NCBI GenBank assembly: GCA_964650355.1
Contig: CAZYTL010000010.1
Coordinates: 1 to 59,917, forward strand
Reading direction: 5' to 3'
DNA from: an uncultured Gammaproteobacteria bacterium
GTDB lineage: Bacteria > Patescibacteriota > Microgenomatia > CAYXHB01 > CAZYTL01
Length of the DNA stretch: 59,917 nt
Shown: positions 51,076 to 59,835 of the stretch, in pieces
How positions within the stretch are numbered: the stretch's first letter is position 1
Layout of the letters: the number at the start of each line of letters is the position of its first letter
Translations under genes and position numbers: made by a program
The notes under the pieces: generated by a model
Told to the model about the DNA's origin: nothing
Database searches by the model: none
Seen by the model: only the letters and a program-made list of their open reading frames with translations

Positions 51076-51798
51076 TTAGTTAGCAGAAGGAGTGGCTTCC
51101 TGATTTTCAGAAGGTAAAGAAGGACTGGTAGAGTCTGTTGCTGAGGTTGAAGGGGGGTTTTCCAGAAGTTGGTTTACAGTCGAGGTAAGGTTATCCAGGG
51201 TGGGATTTTGGTTGTATTTAACGCCGTTGATAAAGAGCGTGGGAGTGGCATTGAGGTTGAGTTGTCTGGCGGTTGAGAAGTCCTGGTCAACGAGGTTTTT
51301 GAATTTGTGTTGCTGGAGATCCTGTTTAAATTGGTCAAGATTTAGGCCTTTGATTTGACCTGCAAGTTGCATAATATCGTTAGTGGTGAATTCGGTTTGA
51401 TGGGTAAATAAGAGGTCGTGCATTTCCCAGAATTTACCCTGGCTGCCTGCAGCTTCGGCAGCTTCGGCTGCCAGACCGGCACCGGTATGTTGCGGGAGAG
51501 GAAAGTGTCTATAGATCAGTTGAACTTGTCCGGGATATTGGTTGACTAATTGGGTAAGAACCGGTGACGCCTGAGCACATCCGGGACATTCAAAATCAGC
51601 AAATTCTACTATTTTAACAGTGGATTGCTCCGAGCCTAAGGTGTGGTTTTCTCCGTTTCTGACCAGCAATTGCTGATTAATTGGTGTTTGCGGAGTTGGG
51701 GAGGAGCTCTGACCACCTGAAAGGAGAAACACGGCGCCCACGATGATGGCTAAGGTAGCTAAGCCGACGCCGATTAGGAGTTTGTTTTCGTTACTCAT
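51076..51798 (-). CDS. DsbA-family thiol:disulfide oxidoreductase, membrane-anchored
   Basis: N-terminal TM helix, the thioredoxin active site FECPGCAQ, and TPTLFINGV. Confidence 0.8.
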   Translation of the reverse strand: MSNENKLLIGVGLATLAIIVGAVFLLSGGQSSSPTPQTPINQQLLVRNGENHTLGSEQSTVKIVEFADFECPGCAQASPVLTQLVNQYPGQVQLIYRHFPLPQHTGAGLAAEAAEAAGSQGKFWEMHDLLFTHQTEFTTNDIMQLAGQIKGLNLDQFKQDLQQHKFKNLVDQDFSTARQLNLNATPTLFINGVKYNQNPTLDNLTSTVNQLLENPPSTSATDSTSPSLPSENQEATPSAN

Positions 51799-51931
51799 GT
51801 CTTGATATGATAATATTACTTGGGAGACTTGCCAAGTAGAAAAAATAGAAATGCGAAAATTGGAACTGAATTAAGTCTTGCATATGTGATTGAATTAATC
51901 CTAAATTAGAACTTGAAAGGTGGTGAGTAAG

Positions 51932-52078
51932 ATGTTTTTCGGGATAATTTTAATTATTTTAGGAGTATTATTGTTTTTACAGAAGTTGGGCATTATCAGT
52001 AGCGGAGTTTGGGAATTTTTTTGGCCGACTATTTTGGTTGCGATAGGGGTAGTAATGGTGTGGAAAAAAAGTAAATAG
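51932..52078 (+). CDS. Unlisted 48-aa two-TM membrane peptide (LiaF-N/DUF5668-like look)
   Basis: My own translation: MFFGIILIILGVLLFLQKLGIISSGVWEFFWPTILVAIGVVMVWKKSK. GGTGGTGA lies 6 nt upstream. The ORF is below the size cut-off of the ORF track. Confidence 0.4.
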   Translation: MFFGIILIILGVLLFLQKLGIISSGVWEFFWPTILVAIGVVMVWKKSK

Positions 52079-52220
52079 GGAAATCTATATAAGGTCTAAG
52101 AAAGACTAATATAGTTTTAATTGATGACTGAGGCGAGTAATTGATGGCTGAGAAAAAGGACCCCGGTTGTAAAGGGATTTGAGTTTGCGGTTCTCCCCTA
52201 CCTAACCTAGGTGCTGGAGA

Positions 52221-52508
52221 CTAAACTTTTGTTTTTTGTAGTTGACGGCGGAGAGCTTTTAGTTCCCTTTCGACGGCGTCAAGTTTGGTGATAATTTGGT
52301 CGTTGGTCTGCGGTTGGTTTTCGATGAAGTAAGAAAGAGATTGATGGGTAGCCCGGCTAATTTTTTTAAGAATTTTTAATGGCGGAGATGAGCGACCTAC
52401 TTCGTAAGCGCTGACGGCTTTGTCCGAAACTCCAATAATCTCTCCTAAGGCTTGTTGAGAAAGCCCGGCGTTTTTTCTGGCACGAGAAATTTTTTGTTTG
52501 AGTGACAT
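52221..52508 (-). CDS. XRE-family helix-turn-helix transcriptional regulator
   Basis: The start is moved to the ATG at 52508. ARKNAGLSQQALGEIIGVSDKAVSAYEVG, with a coiled-coil tail. Confidence 0.8.
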   Translation of the reverse strand: MSLKQKISRARKNAGLSQQALGEIIGVSDKAVSAYEVGRSSPPLKILKKISRATHQSLSYFIENQPQTNDQIITKLDAVERELKALRRQLQKTKV

Positions 52509-52536
52509 GGAAGGCGGAAGAGGAAACAAAAATCAC

Positions 52537-52547
52537 ACTTGACAAGT
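52537..52547. promoter_or_regulatory. Perfect 11-bp palindrome ACTTGaCAAGT (contains TTGACA) in the divergent XRE / receiver intergenic region; candidate operator
   Basis: Read directly from the sequence. It lies 29 nt upstream of the XRE start codon on the minus strand. Confidence 0.3.
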
Positions 52548-52596
52548 CGTGTCTAATTAACCTAGAGTTATATCTAGTCTAATTTTATGAAATACA

Positions 52597-52974
52597 ATGG
52601 TTAATTGGCCTTTGGTTTTACTGGTAATCAGAAATCCAGAATTACGGCAATTATATCATGAAATTTTAGTGGCTGAACATTGGGAAGTGTTGGTGGCGGG
52701 CAATGCGGCTGATGGGTTGTTGCAGCTAGTAAGTCATGACCAAATCGCAATTGTGGTTTTGGATATGGGAAGACCAAACGGAGAAGCGGAAAGATTTTTA
52801 AGAATGTTGAAAAGCAGGCGAAAGTGGCGGAAAACACCATTGGTGTTGTTAGACTTTTACGAATCAGCTTTGAAAAAGCAACAGTTGATAAAGGGTTTGG
52901 GAAAGTGGGTGAAGATTGACAGTCATTTAATTGCTCCGGATATGTTAGTATCTCAGATCAAGAGGATGCTTTAG
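52597..52974 (+). CDS. Stand-alone receiver-like domain, degenerate (pseudo-receiver)
   Basis: REC-like layout with IAIVVLDMGRPNG (Asp position kept). The N-terminal acidic pair is replaced (LLVIRNPE), and no conserved Lys-Pro is evident. Confidence 0.45.
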   Translation: MVNWPLVLLVIRNPELRQLYHEILVAEHWEVLVAGNAADGLLQLVSHDQIAIVVLDMGRPNGEAERFLRMLKSRRKWRKTPLVLLDFYESALKKQQLIKGLGKWVKIDSHLIAPDMLVSQIKRML

Positions 52975-53049
52975 GAATCAGGTAAAGAGTGACTCGAGAA
53001 TAACCTGGGAGGGTCGGAGGTAAGAAACGTGGCAATCAGATCAAAATGC

Positions 53050-53079
53050 TTGACAAATATATTTTTAAGTGGGTACAGT
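53050..53079 (+). promoter_or_regulatory. Promoter-like TTGACA-N18-TACAGT, 6 nt upstream of the ATG at 53086
   Basis: Read directly from the sequence. It argues against the upstream GTG start at 53029. Confidence 0.4.
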
Positions 53080-53085
53080 AGAAAC

Positions 53086-53730
53086 ATGAGCAAAAAAGTG
53101 GCTTGGGGATTGGTCTTAGGTCTACTCTTGTGGTTGGTTTCTGCACAAGCAAGTTGGGCTGAGGAAGCAACGGGCAGCGGTGACGCATCGATGAGTGCGG
53201 GTATGAAATTGGTGAAAGAAAAAGTAGCGGCTCGTCAGGAAATGGTTAAGGAACAGAGAGAGGCAATTCAGGCTAGAGTTCAACAATTAAAAGATAATGT
53301 AGCCAGTAAACAGGCTGAGTTAAAGCAGAGATTAGAAGAAAAAGTGCGAAATCGAGTGCAGATGTTATTTGGAATTATGATAAAGAGAATGAGAGCGGCT
53401 GTTGAACGGTTAAATCTTATAGCGGATAGAATTGAGACAAGACTACAGAAGTTGTCTGATAAGGGAGTAAAGACAGAAGAGATGACAGCCAGTTTGGCAG
53501 ATGCCAGATCGAAATTGAAAGAAGCCGGGGATATTTTAGATGCGTCGGATGCAGAGTTTAGCGATCAAGTGTTAAACTCAACTTCTTTTCAAGAAGGCTT
53601 TACTGCCATTAAAGAAACGGTTTCTGAGTTTAAGAGTAAAATCAAGGAGGTACACGGACTGTTAAGGGATGTGGTCAAAGAAATGAAGGTGGCAAACGGC
53701 CAAGCCAATGATGAAACATCCTCAGAGTAA
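53086..53730 (+). CDS. Secreted coiled-coil protein
   Basis: The start is moved to the ATG at 53086. Signal peptide KKVAWGLVLGLLLWLVSAQASWA, then K/E/Q-rich heptad-like sequence. TTGACA-N18-TACAGT lies 6 nt upstream. Confidence 0.5.
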   Translation: MSKKVAWGLVLGLLLWLVSAQASWAEEATGSGDASMSAGMKLVKEKVAARQEMVKEQREAIQARVQQLKDNVASKQAELKQRLEEKVRNRVQMLFGIMIKRMRAAVERLNLIADRIETRLQKLSDKGVKTEEMTASLADARSKLKEAGDILDASDAEFSDQVLNSTSFQEGFTAIKETVSEFKSKIKEVHGLLRDVVKEMKVANGQANDETSSE

Positions 53731-53790
53731 TTAATATGGTGGGTAATTGGTATTTGACTGTAAGTATTTTTATTTAGTAGTCTATAAAAT

Positions 53791-54330
53791 ATGGCAGAGA
53801 ATGATCAGTCAAAAGAAGAAAAACCGGTAGAGAAATCCGAAAACGACGCTGCCGGGGCGGCAAATAACCCTCAGGGGGGACAAACCGGGCAACAGAATCA
53901 ACAGCAGATTTCTCCGACTGTCTCACCGCAAACTGAAGGAAAGCCTCAGGCAGAAGCAATGCCTGCTGCTCCTAAAGCAGCGGAACCTACAGTCGTCGAT
54001 AAGGAGCCACCAGTCGTAACTGAAGAGACAAGTAATATGAAATGGGTGGTGGTGATTGTGGTGTTAGTGTTGTTGATCATTGCCTTAGGAGGGGGAGCTT
54101 TTTACTATCTGACTCAATATAAATATAAACCTAGCGATGAGATTATTTCTCCGGTGAGCGAAGATACAAACATGATGAAACCAACAGCAACACCTGAAGA
54201 TAAGCAGACTAAGGAGTTGCAGACTGTGGGGAGCAGTGATGAAATTAATGCTATAGATAAGGATTTGCAGAATACGAGTTTGGATAATATTGACCAAGAG
54301 ATGAATGATATTGGAAAACAATTGCAATAG
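53791..54330 (+). CDS. Hypothetical single-pass membrane protein with low-complexity N-terminus
   Basis: 179 aa. The N-terminus is rich in Q, P, A and E, followed by the TM helix WVVVIVVLVLLIIALGGGAFYYL. Confidence 0.5.
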   Translation: MAENDQSKEEKPVEKSENDAAGAANNPQGGQTGQQNQQQISPTVSPQTEGKPQAEAMPAAPKAAEPTVVDKEPPVVTEETSNMKWVVVIVVLVLLIIALGGGAFYYLTQYKYKPSDEIISPVSEDTNMMKPTATPEDKQTKELQTVGSSDEINAIDKDLQNTSLDNIDQEMNDIGKQLQ

Positions 54331-54395
54331 AGTTTAATTTCCTCAGCAGGCTGACCGAGTTGTTTTAAGATAAAGAAAAGTTATATACTCTGAAT

Positions 54396-54956
54396 ATGAA
54401 TAAAGGAGAACAAGTTGCTAAAAACTCACCTACTCCTGTTGCGGGGCAAAGTAGTGGCCAGGTGTCCCAAGGACAGGCAAAAGCTGGTGTCCAACCGCAG
54501 GCTGTAGTGCATCCGTTGACGGATGCGCCAAAGACGCAGAAATCGAAATTATGGGTAGTCTTTCCGGTGGTGGCTGTCATCTTGTTGGGAGCGGGTACGG
54601 GATATGTGTTAGCAAAAATGAAAACCGGACAGCCGATGAGCTTGTCATCGTTAAAGCAGGGAGGCGGTCAACAAGAATCAACGGCAAGTAAAGTAACTGA
54701 AGCCGGGATTAACAGTAGTGAAGATTTTCCTGACGAAGCAGAGGGAATGCTAGAAAAGAATGATGGAAGCGTAACGACTGAAGGGACTCACAGACTAATT
54801 AGAGAAGGCGGTCCAAGCCAAACAGTATATTTGACTTCTTCTGTAGTTGATTTGTCTCAATTTGAAGGTAAGAAGGTCCAAGTAAAGGGCGAGACGTTTA
54901 CGGCTCATACGGCTGGTTGGTTGATGGATGTGGGTTGGGTGAAGGAAATTAAGTAA
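54396..54956 (+). CDS. Hypothetical single-pass membrane protein
   Basis: 186 aa, with the same architecture as the preceding ORF (low-complexity N-terminus and TM helix LWVVFPVVAVILLGAGTGYVL). Confidence 0.5.
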   Translation: MNKGEQVAKNSPTPVAGQSSGQVSQGQAKAGVQPQAVVHPLTDAPKTQKSKLWVVFPVVAVILLGAGTGYVLAKMKTGQPMSLSSLKQGGGQQESTASKVTEAGINSSEDFPDEAEGMLEKNDGSVTTEGTHRLIREGGPSQTVYLTSSVVDLSQFEGKKVQVKGETFTAHTAGWLMDVGWVKEIK

Positions 54957-55079
54957 TAAGTTGTGGAGGAGTGCTAAATTGAGTATAGTGGAAATTAGTG
55001 ATATGAGGCAGACACGATTTAATTCCTGGGTGCGGTTGAGAGTTCAGAAGGTAGGTTCGTCTTATAAGTTTTTACAATT

Positions 55080-55748
55080 ATGATTATCAAGCTTGATCAG
55101 GTGACGAAAAAATTCGGGAAGAAAGTAGCGTTGAGCGCGGTCAATTTTGCCGTTGAAAAAGGAGAATTTGTTTTTGTGACTGGAGTTTCGGGGTCGGGCA
55201 AAACTACTTTATTGCGGATGACGACTAGAGACTTGCTGCCCACTGAAGGAAAGGTGATGGTTGATGGTCTAGATGTGGTGAAACTGAAGTCTAAAAAGGT
55301 GCATGAGTTGCGCAGGAAAATAGGAGTTGTGTATCAGGACTTTAAGCTGTTGAAGGACAGAACTGTATTTGAGAATGTATCTTTGGCAATGAGAGTGGTA
55401 GGTAGTTCAAAACGTAAAATTGAGGCTCAGGTGATGAAAACTTTGAAGTTAGTGGGCTTGAAAGGCAAGGAGGATTTATTTCCTTTACAGTTAGCCGGAG
55501 GTGAGTTACAAAGGGTATGTTTGGCTAGAGCAGTGGTGGCTGCTCCTCCGATTTTGCTAGCGGATGAGCCAACCGGTAATTTGGATCCCACTACGGCGTG
55601 GCAGATTATGGAGTTGTTAAAGAGGATAAATGATATGGGAACAACGGTGTTGATGGCTACTCATAATGTGGATATTGTTAATTCGATGGCAGAGCGAATA
55701 GTCCAGTTAGATGACGGTAAGATTGTGAGTGATGCCAAAAAGAAATAG
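55080..55748 (+). CDS. ftsE: Cell-division ABC transporter ATP-binding protein FtsE
   Basis: GVSGSGKTT, LAGGELQRV and LLADEPTGNLD; about 220 aa and followed by ftsX. Confidence 0.9.
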   Translation: MIIKLDQVTKKFGKKVALSAVNFAVEKGEFVFVTGVSGSGKTTLLRMTTRDLLPTEGKVMVDGLDVVKLKSKKVHELRRKIGVVYQDFKLLKDRTVFENVSLAMRVVGSSKRKIEAQVMKTLKLVGLKGKEDLFPLQLAGGELQRVCLARAVVAAPPILLADEPTGNLDPTTAWQIMELLKRINDMGTTVLMATHNVDIVNSMAERIVQLDDGKIVSDAKKK

Positions 55749-55749
55749 T

Positions 55750-56652
55750 ATGAATTTTGACTTTCTCGAAACAGCAAAGACTCATTGGCAAACAGCCTGG
55801 TATCATCTGAGGAGGAGTCCATATCAGTCCGTGGCAATCATGGTGGTTTTAACCCTGTGTTTGTTTGTGACCACTTTGTTTATTTTGATTGCCGGTGGGG
55901 CAGAAAAGACTTTGAAAACGTTGGAGTCCCAGCCGGAAGTGATTGCCTTTTTTGTGCAGCCACCGACAAATGAGGAGTTAGAGCAATTAAAGGCGCAATT
56001 AATTGGTACTGGAGTGATTAAAGAGATAAAGTATGTGTCTCAGGAAGAAGCTCTAGAAAAATACCGGGCGGATAATAAGGACAATCCCTTACTCTTGGAG
56101 ATGGTAACAGCAGATATCTTACCAGCGTCGGTGGAAGTTTCTACTAAGAATCCAGAGTCATTGTCCCAGATTGCCGAAATTTTGAATACTCACGAAAACG
56201 TGGACGAAGTGATTTACCAAAAGGACGTGATTGAGAAGTTGGTAAAGTGGACGAAGTTTTTGAGAATGTTGGGAATCGTGCTGATATCGGTGTTGGGAGT
56301 GATGTCGTTTTTGACGATCTTTATTATTATTGGATTGAAGATCGCATTGAGGAGGAACGAGGTGGAGATTTTGCGATTGATAGGAGCCAGTCCGGGATTT
56401 ATCCGTTGGCCCTTTTTACTGGAGGGAGCAATTTATGGGTTGATAGGGGCTTTTGTGGGATGGGGGTTAAGTTATCTGACGTTGTTGTATTCTACACCGT
56501 ATGTGATTGATTTGATTTGGTCTTTGCAGCTGTTACCAGTATCCAGAAAGTGGATGATCGCGTTGTTGGGTTGGGAATTGTTAGCTGGAAGTCTTTGGGG
56601 AGCCTTGGCGGCTTTCTGGGCGGTAAACAGGTATTTGGCTAGGGGACGTTAA
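55750..56652 (+). CDS. ftsX: Cell-division permease-like protein FtsX
   Basis: Four TM helices with a large first extracytoplasmic loop, directly after ftsE. ATG at 55750; the alternative start at 55729 overlaps ftsE. Confidence 0.85.
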   Translation: MNFDFLETAKTHWQTAWYHLRRSPYQSVAIMVVLTLCLFVTTLFILIAGGAEKTLKTLESQPEVIAFFVQPPTNEELEQLKAQLIGTGVIKEIKYVSQEEALEKYRADNKDNPLLLEMVTADILPASVEVSTKNPESLSQIAEILNTHENVDEVIYQKDVIEKLVKWTKFLRMLGIVLISVLGVMSFLTIFIIIGLKIALRRNEVEILRLIGASPGFIRWPFLLEGAIYGLIGAFVGWGLSYLTLLYSTPYVIDLIWSLQLLPVSRKWMIALLGWELLAGSLWGALAAFWAVNRYLARGR

Positions 56653-56701
56653 GCAAAAAATCAAAGCAAATGGGTAATTAAGGGTAGAGGTTGGAAATAC
56701 C

Positions 56702-56710
56702 TGATACAAT
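56702..56710 (+). promoter_or_regulatory. Extended -10 TGATACAAT, 9 nt upstream of the ATG at 56720
   Basis: Read directly from the sequence. Confidence 0.35.
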
Positions 56711-56719
56711 GTAATAGTC

Positions 56720-57991
56720 ATGAAAAAAGAACTTTCTGGCTACGAAAAATTAATCAAAATGGCGGCGGGAGTGGCTTTAGCGTCGGTAGTTTTAGGGCTA
56801 GTTGGCGGTTTCTTTTATTCGAGATGGGTGGGAGGTAAATTTTGGGCATACGGATGTGAACAGTCGGGAAATTGCCCGGAAGTGGGAAGCAGCGATAACG
56901 GGGATTTGCAACAGCAACTGGAAGATAAGGAGAAGGAGATTCAAGAACTGGAGGCCAAACTGCAGGAGATAGTGAGTACCAAAAAGACTTTAAATAATCA
57001 AATTAGCTATTTTAATAATCAAATTAAATTAACCGGTCTGCAGATTGCCCAGACAGAAGACCAAATAGCGAGTTTACAACAGACGATTAACGAATTAAGT
57101 GCAAAAATAAGCGAATTGGACGTGGATTTGGATAATCTTTCGAAGTTGTTGGTGGAGAGGATTGTGAGAACTTATAAAGGTCGAGGCGTGGACAGCTTAA
57201 GGTTATTTCTGACCGCGGACGGTTTTGATGATTTATTTTCCAGGTATAAGTATATTCGTGTGGTGCAGTTACATGACAGACAGGTAATGGAACAGTTGGA
57301 ACAATCTAGGCAGGTATACGATCAACAAAAACAGCTGAAGTTGGAGAAACAATTGGAATTGGCGCAACTGGAAGAAAAGCTAACCAGCCAAAAGTCAAGT
57401 TTGGATCATCAAAAGGCCACTAAAGAAGCTTTGTTAGAAGTAACCAAGAATGACGAAAAGAAATATCAGGAGATGTTGGCGGCTGCCCGCGCAGAACAGG
57501 CAGCCATGGAACAGGCAATCGCGGATGCAATTATGCAATTAAAAGACGGAACTCCGATTGAGAAGGGTGAAGAGATTGCCTTGATGGGTAATTCGGGAGC
57601 ACCAGGATGTTCCACTGCAGCACATTTACATTTTGAAATCACAGATAAGAATGGAGTGCATCAAAATCCGGCTAATTATTTGAAGCCAGAATGGAATATC
57701 ATTTGGGATAACTCACCTGACCAGCCTTTTGCTTTGACAGGTAACTGGGATTGGCCGATGCAAAATGCTAGGATTACGCAAGGTTATGGATATACTTGGT
57801 GGGCAAATTCTGGGTTCTATAACGGGAAACCCCATACGGGAATTGACATGGTTGATGATGAGAGTAATATTATCAGAGCACCTAAATCAGGGACTTTATA
57901 TAAGGGACATACTTATTGCGGATCGTCGCAGATGAATTATGTAGCCATCGAACACGATGATGTAATTAGTTGGTATTGGCATGTGCAATAA
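56720..57991 (+). CDS. Coiled-coil M23/LytM-family peptidase (EnvC-like FtsEX partner) with swapped order of catalytic segments
   Basis: TM helix, then about 200 aa of coiled coil. GEEIALMGNSGAPGCSTAAHLHFEI (aa 283-307) precedes WPMQNARITQGYG..KPHTGIDM (aa 345-377) and YVAIEHDDVISWYWHVQ at the C-terminus. Confidence 0.8.
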   Translation: MKKELSGYEKLIKMAAGVALASVVLGLVGGFFYSRWVGGKFWAYGCEQSGNCPEVGSSDNGDLQQQLEDKEKEIQELEAKLQEIVSTKKTLNNQISYFNNQIKLTGLQIAQTEDQIASLQQTINELSAKISELDVDLDNLSKLLVERIVRTYKGRGVDSLRLFLTADGFDDLFSRYKYIRVVQLHDRQVMEQLEQSRQVYDQQKQLKLEKQLELAQLEEKLTSQKSSLDHQKATKEALLEVTKNDEKKYQEMLAAARAEQAAMEQAIADAIMQLKDGTPIEKGEEIALMGNSGAPGCSTAAHLHFEITDKNGVHQNPANYLKPEWNIIWDNSPDQPFALTGNWDWPMQNARITQGYGYTWWANSGFYNGKPHTGIDMVDDESNIIRAPKSGTLYKGHTYCGSSQMNYVAIEHDDVISWYWHVQ

Positions 57992-58127
57992 TTTTCGGTT
58001 ACGGTAACGGCTAAGGTAAAGAAGTGAGTATCGTTTAGGGGTAACGGTATGATATTGTGACCGAAAGTTGTTACCGATGTGGGTTTTGTAATATTAGCGG
58101 CTTTACTTTTTCCAGTTAAATATTTAA

Positions 58128-59021
58128 GTGAAACTTATGAAAATTATCTTTAGTCTAGGGTTGTTAATGTTTATCTTTGTTTCTCCTGTGTATGCTGATA
58201 ATTTGGTTAAAAATTCGGGGTTTGAGGACGGGGTGAGCAATTGGGAAGAACAGGGAGCCAGTGCCGTTTCGGTAAGCGACGAGAAGAAATCCGGGGATAA
58301 AGCCATTTTGATATCTAATAATCAAAAGACGAGTTACGGGGTGCAGCAACTGATAACGGGAATTGAAAGCGGCCAAAATTATCTGCTTGAAGGTTGGGCA
58401 AAAGCAAAGGATCTGGCACGCGCAACAGGAGTAAGATTAAGAATTGGTTGGTATGAAAGTGAAGATGGCAGTGGAGACCAGATGAGTCCTCAGGATACGA
58501 ATCAAGTAGAAACGGGAGAATGGTCTTATTTGAGGTCGGAGTTAAAGGCTCCTGACAAGGCAAAATCGGCGAGGATCAGACTAGTACTATCTACCAAAGA
58601 AGATGGGCAGGCGGCAGAGGCTTATTTTGATGATATTTATTTAGATAGGTATGAAGTATCACCTACTCCTTCACCGACCATGACTCCGGCTCCAACGAGC
58701 GAGCCTACTCCTACTGAGGCCGAAAGAGTTACTACGCTGACTCCGGTTAAGAAACCCACTTTGGTAGTGACACGTGGGGTAACCGAAAGTCCGGAACAAA
58801 CTAATGTGGATGAGTTAAGAAAACAAATTTTGGGTTCCCAGACAGAAGATGATAAAGTAAAAGGTAATCAGATTTCAATGTCTAGTGAAAACAACTCTAA
58901 AAAAGATTTTTTAGCTATGGGGCTGATCGGGGGTGGCGGAGGGTTGTTGACCATGGCCAGCATTCCCATGTTTAAGCGTTGGCGTTCAAAGTCACGCTCA
59001 GGTAAGATAAAGAGGTTATGA
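58128..59021 (+). CDS. Surface protein with CBM4/9-like carbohydrate-binding module, P/T linker and C-terminal TM anchor
   Basis: Signal peptide, then DNLVKNSGFEDGVSNWEEQG ... AYFDDIYLD. This is followed by the SPTPSPTMTPAPTSEPTPT linker and the GLIGGGGGLLTMASIPMF helix. Confidence 0.5.
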   Translation: MKLMKIIFSLGLLMFIFVSPVYADNLVKNSGFEDGVSNWEEQGASAVSVSDEKKSGDKAILISNNQKTSYGVQQLITGIESGQNYLLEGWAKAKDLARATGVRLRIGWYESEDGSGDQMSPQDTNQVETGEWSYLRSELKAPDKAKSARIRLVLSTKEDGQAAEAYFDDIYLDRYEVSPTPSPTMTPAPTSEPTPTEAERVTTLTPVKKPTLVVTRGVTESPEQTNVDELRKQILGSQTEDDKVKGNQISMSSENNSKKDFLAMGLIGGGGGLLTMASIPMFKRWRSKSRSGKIKRL

Positions 59022-59410
59022 AAAAATTAAGTTATTGGCTACCAGTATTGTTGTGGATGGGAGTAATATTTACTTTTTCGTCTTTTCAGGCGGTGCAGGC
59101 GGCGGAAGTTCACTGGGTAGATTTTGTAATTAAAAAGAGCGCTCATGTTGTCGAATATGCCATTTTATGGGGGTTGACGTTCAGAGCCTTGTTAAACACC
59201 AGTCATTTGGGTAAGACCAAAGCAGGTTTGGTAAGTTTGCTGATGGTAGTGATTTATGCGACAACTGACGAGTATCATCAGACGTGGATTCCGTCCAGAA
59301 CAGGAAGGGCTAGAGACGTGTTGATCGATACTACAGGAGCCAGTCTGGCTTTTGTTTGGTTCAATCGTGGCTGGATAGCAAAACTGAAGAGAAAAGCAAT
59401 AGAGATTTAA
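59018..59410 (+). CDS. VanZ-like family membrane protein
   Basis: KSAHVVEYAILWGLTF, TDEYHQTWIPSRTGRARDVLIDTTGASLAF. Confidence 0.85.
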   Translation: MKKLSYWLPVLLWMGVIFTFSSFQAVQAAEVHWVDFVIKKSAHVVEYAILWGLTFRALLNTSHLGKTKAGLVSLLMVVIYATTDEYHQTWIPSRTGRARDVLIDTTGASLAFVWFNRGWIAKLKRKAIEI

Positions 59411-59454
59411 ATCGTGGATGACAGCTAATTTGTTTAGTCATTTGAAGCGCGAAT

Positions 59455-59835
59455 ATGAACACAGAGATTAATATTCTGATGGTCGATGATGATGATTTGT
59501 TAAGGAGTGTTTGTTGTAAAGAATTGGCTAACAAAGGCTACTGTGTTGAGGAAGCAGTTGACGGGGACCAGGCATACAGGAAGTTGTTAATCGGAGAATA
59601 TGATTTGGTGGTACTGGATTTGGGTTTGCCAAAGATGGGAGGCTTAGACCTGCTGAGAGTTTTATCGACTAAAATGCCTAAATTTCCGAATAAAAAGATG
59701 GTGATTTATACTAACTGTGATGATCAGGAGATGATTCTTAAAGTGCAGGAGTTTGATGTTAAAGAAATATTAAAGAAGGCAAATTGTACTCCCTGTGAGT
59801 TAGCTGATGAAGTGGAGAGGTTGTTAAGAGATTAA
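59455..59835 (+). CDS. Stand-alone response-regulator receiver domain (CheY-like)
   Basis: ILMVDDDD acidic pocket, DLVVLDLGLPKMGG phospho-acceptor Asp, VIYTN and KK. No output domain. Confidence 0.85.
   Translation: MNTEINILMVDDDDLLRSVCCKELANKGYCVEEAVDGDQAYRKLLIGEYDLVVLDLGLPKMGGLDLLRVLSTKMPKFPNKKMVIYTNCDDQEMILKVQEFDVKEILKKANCTPCELADEVERLLRD

Noticed and set aside
52118-52153. Two adjacent 20-nt direct repeats TAATTGATG(A/G)CTGAG downstream of both the small membrane ORF and the XRE gene
   Set aside because: There are only two imperfect copies. They lie in a 3' region shared by convergent genes, with no associated hairpin or gene start. That is too little to call a regulatory site.
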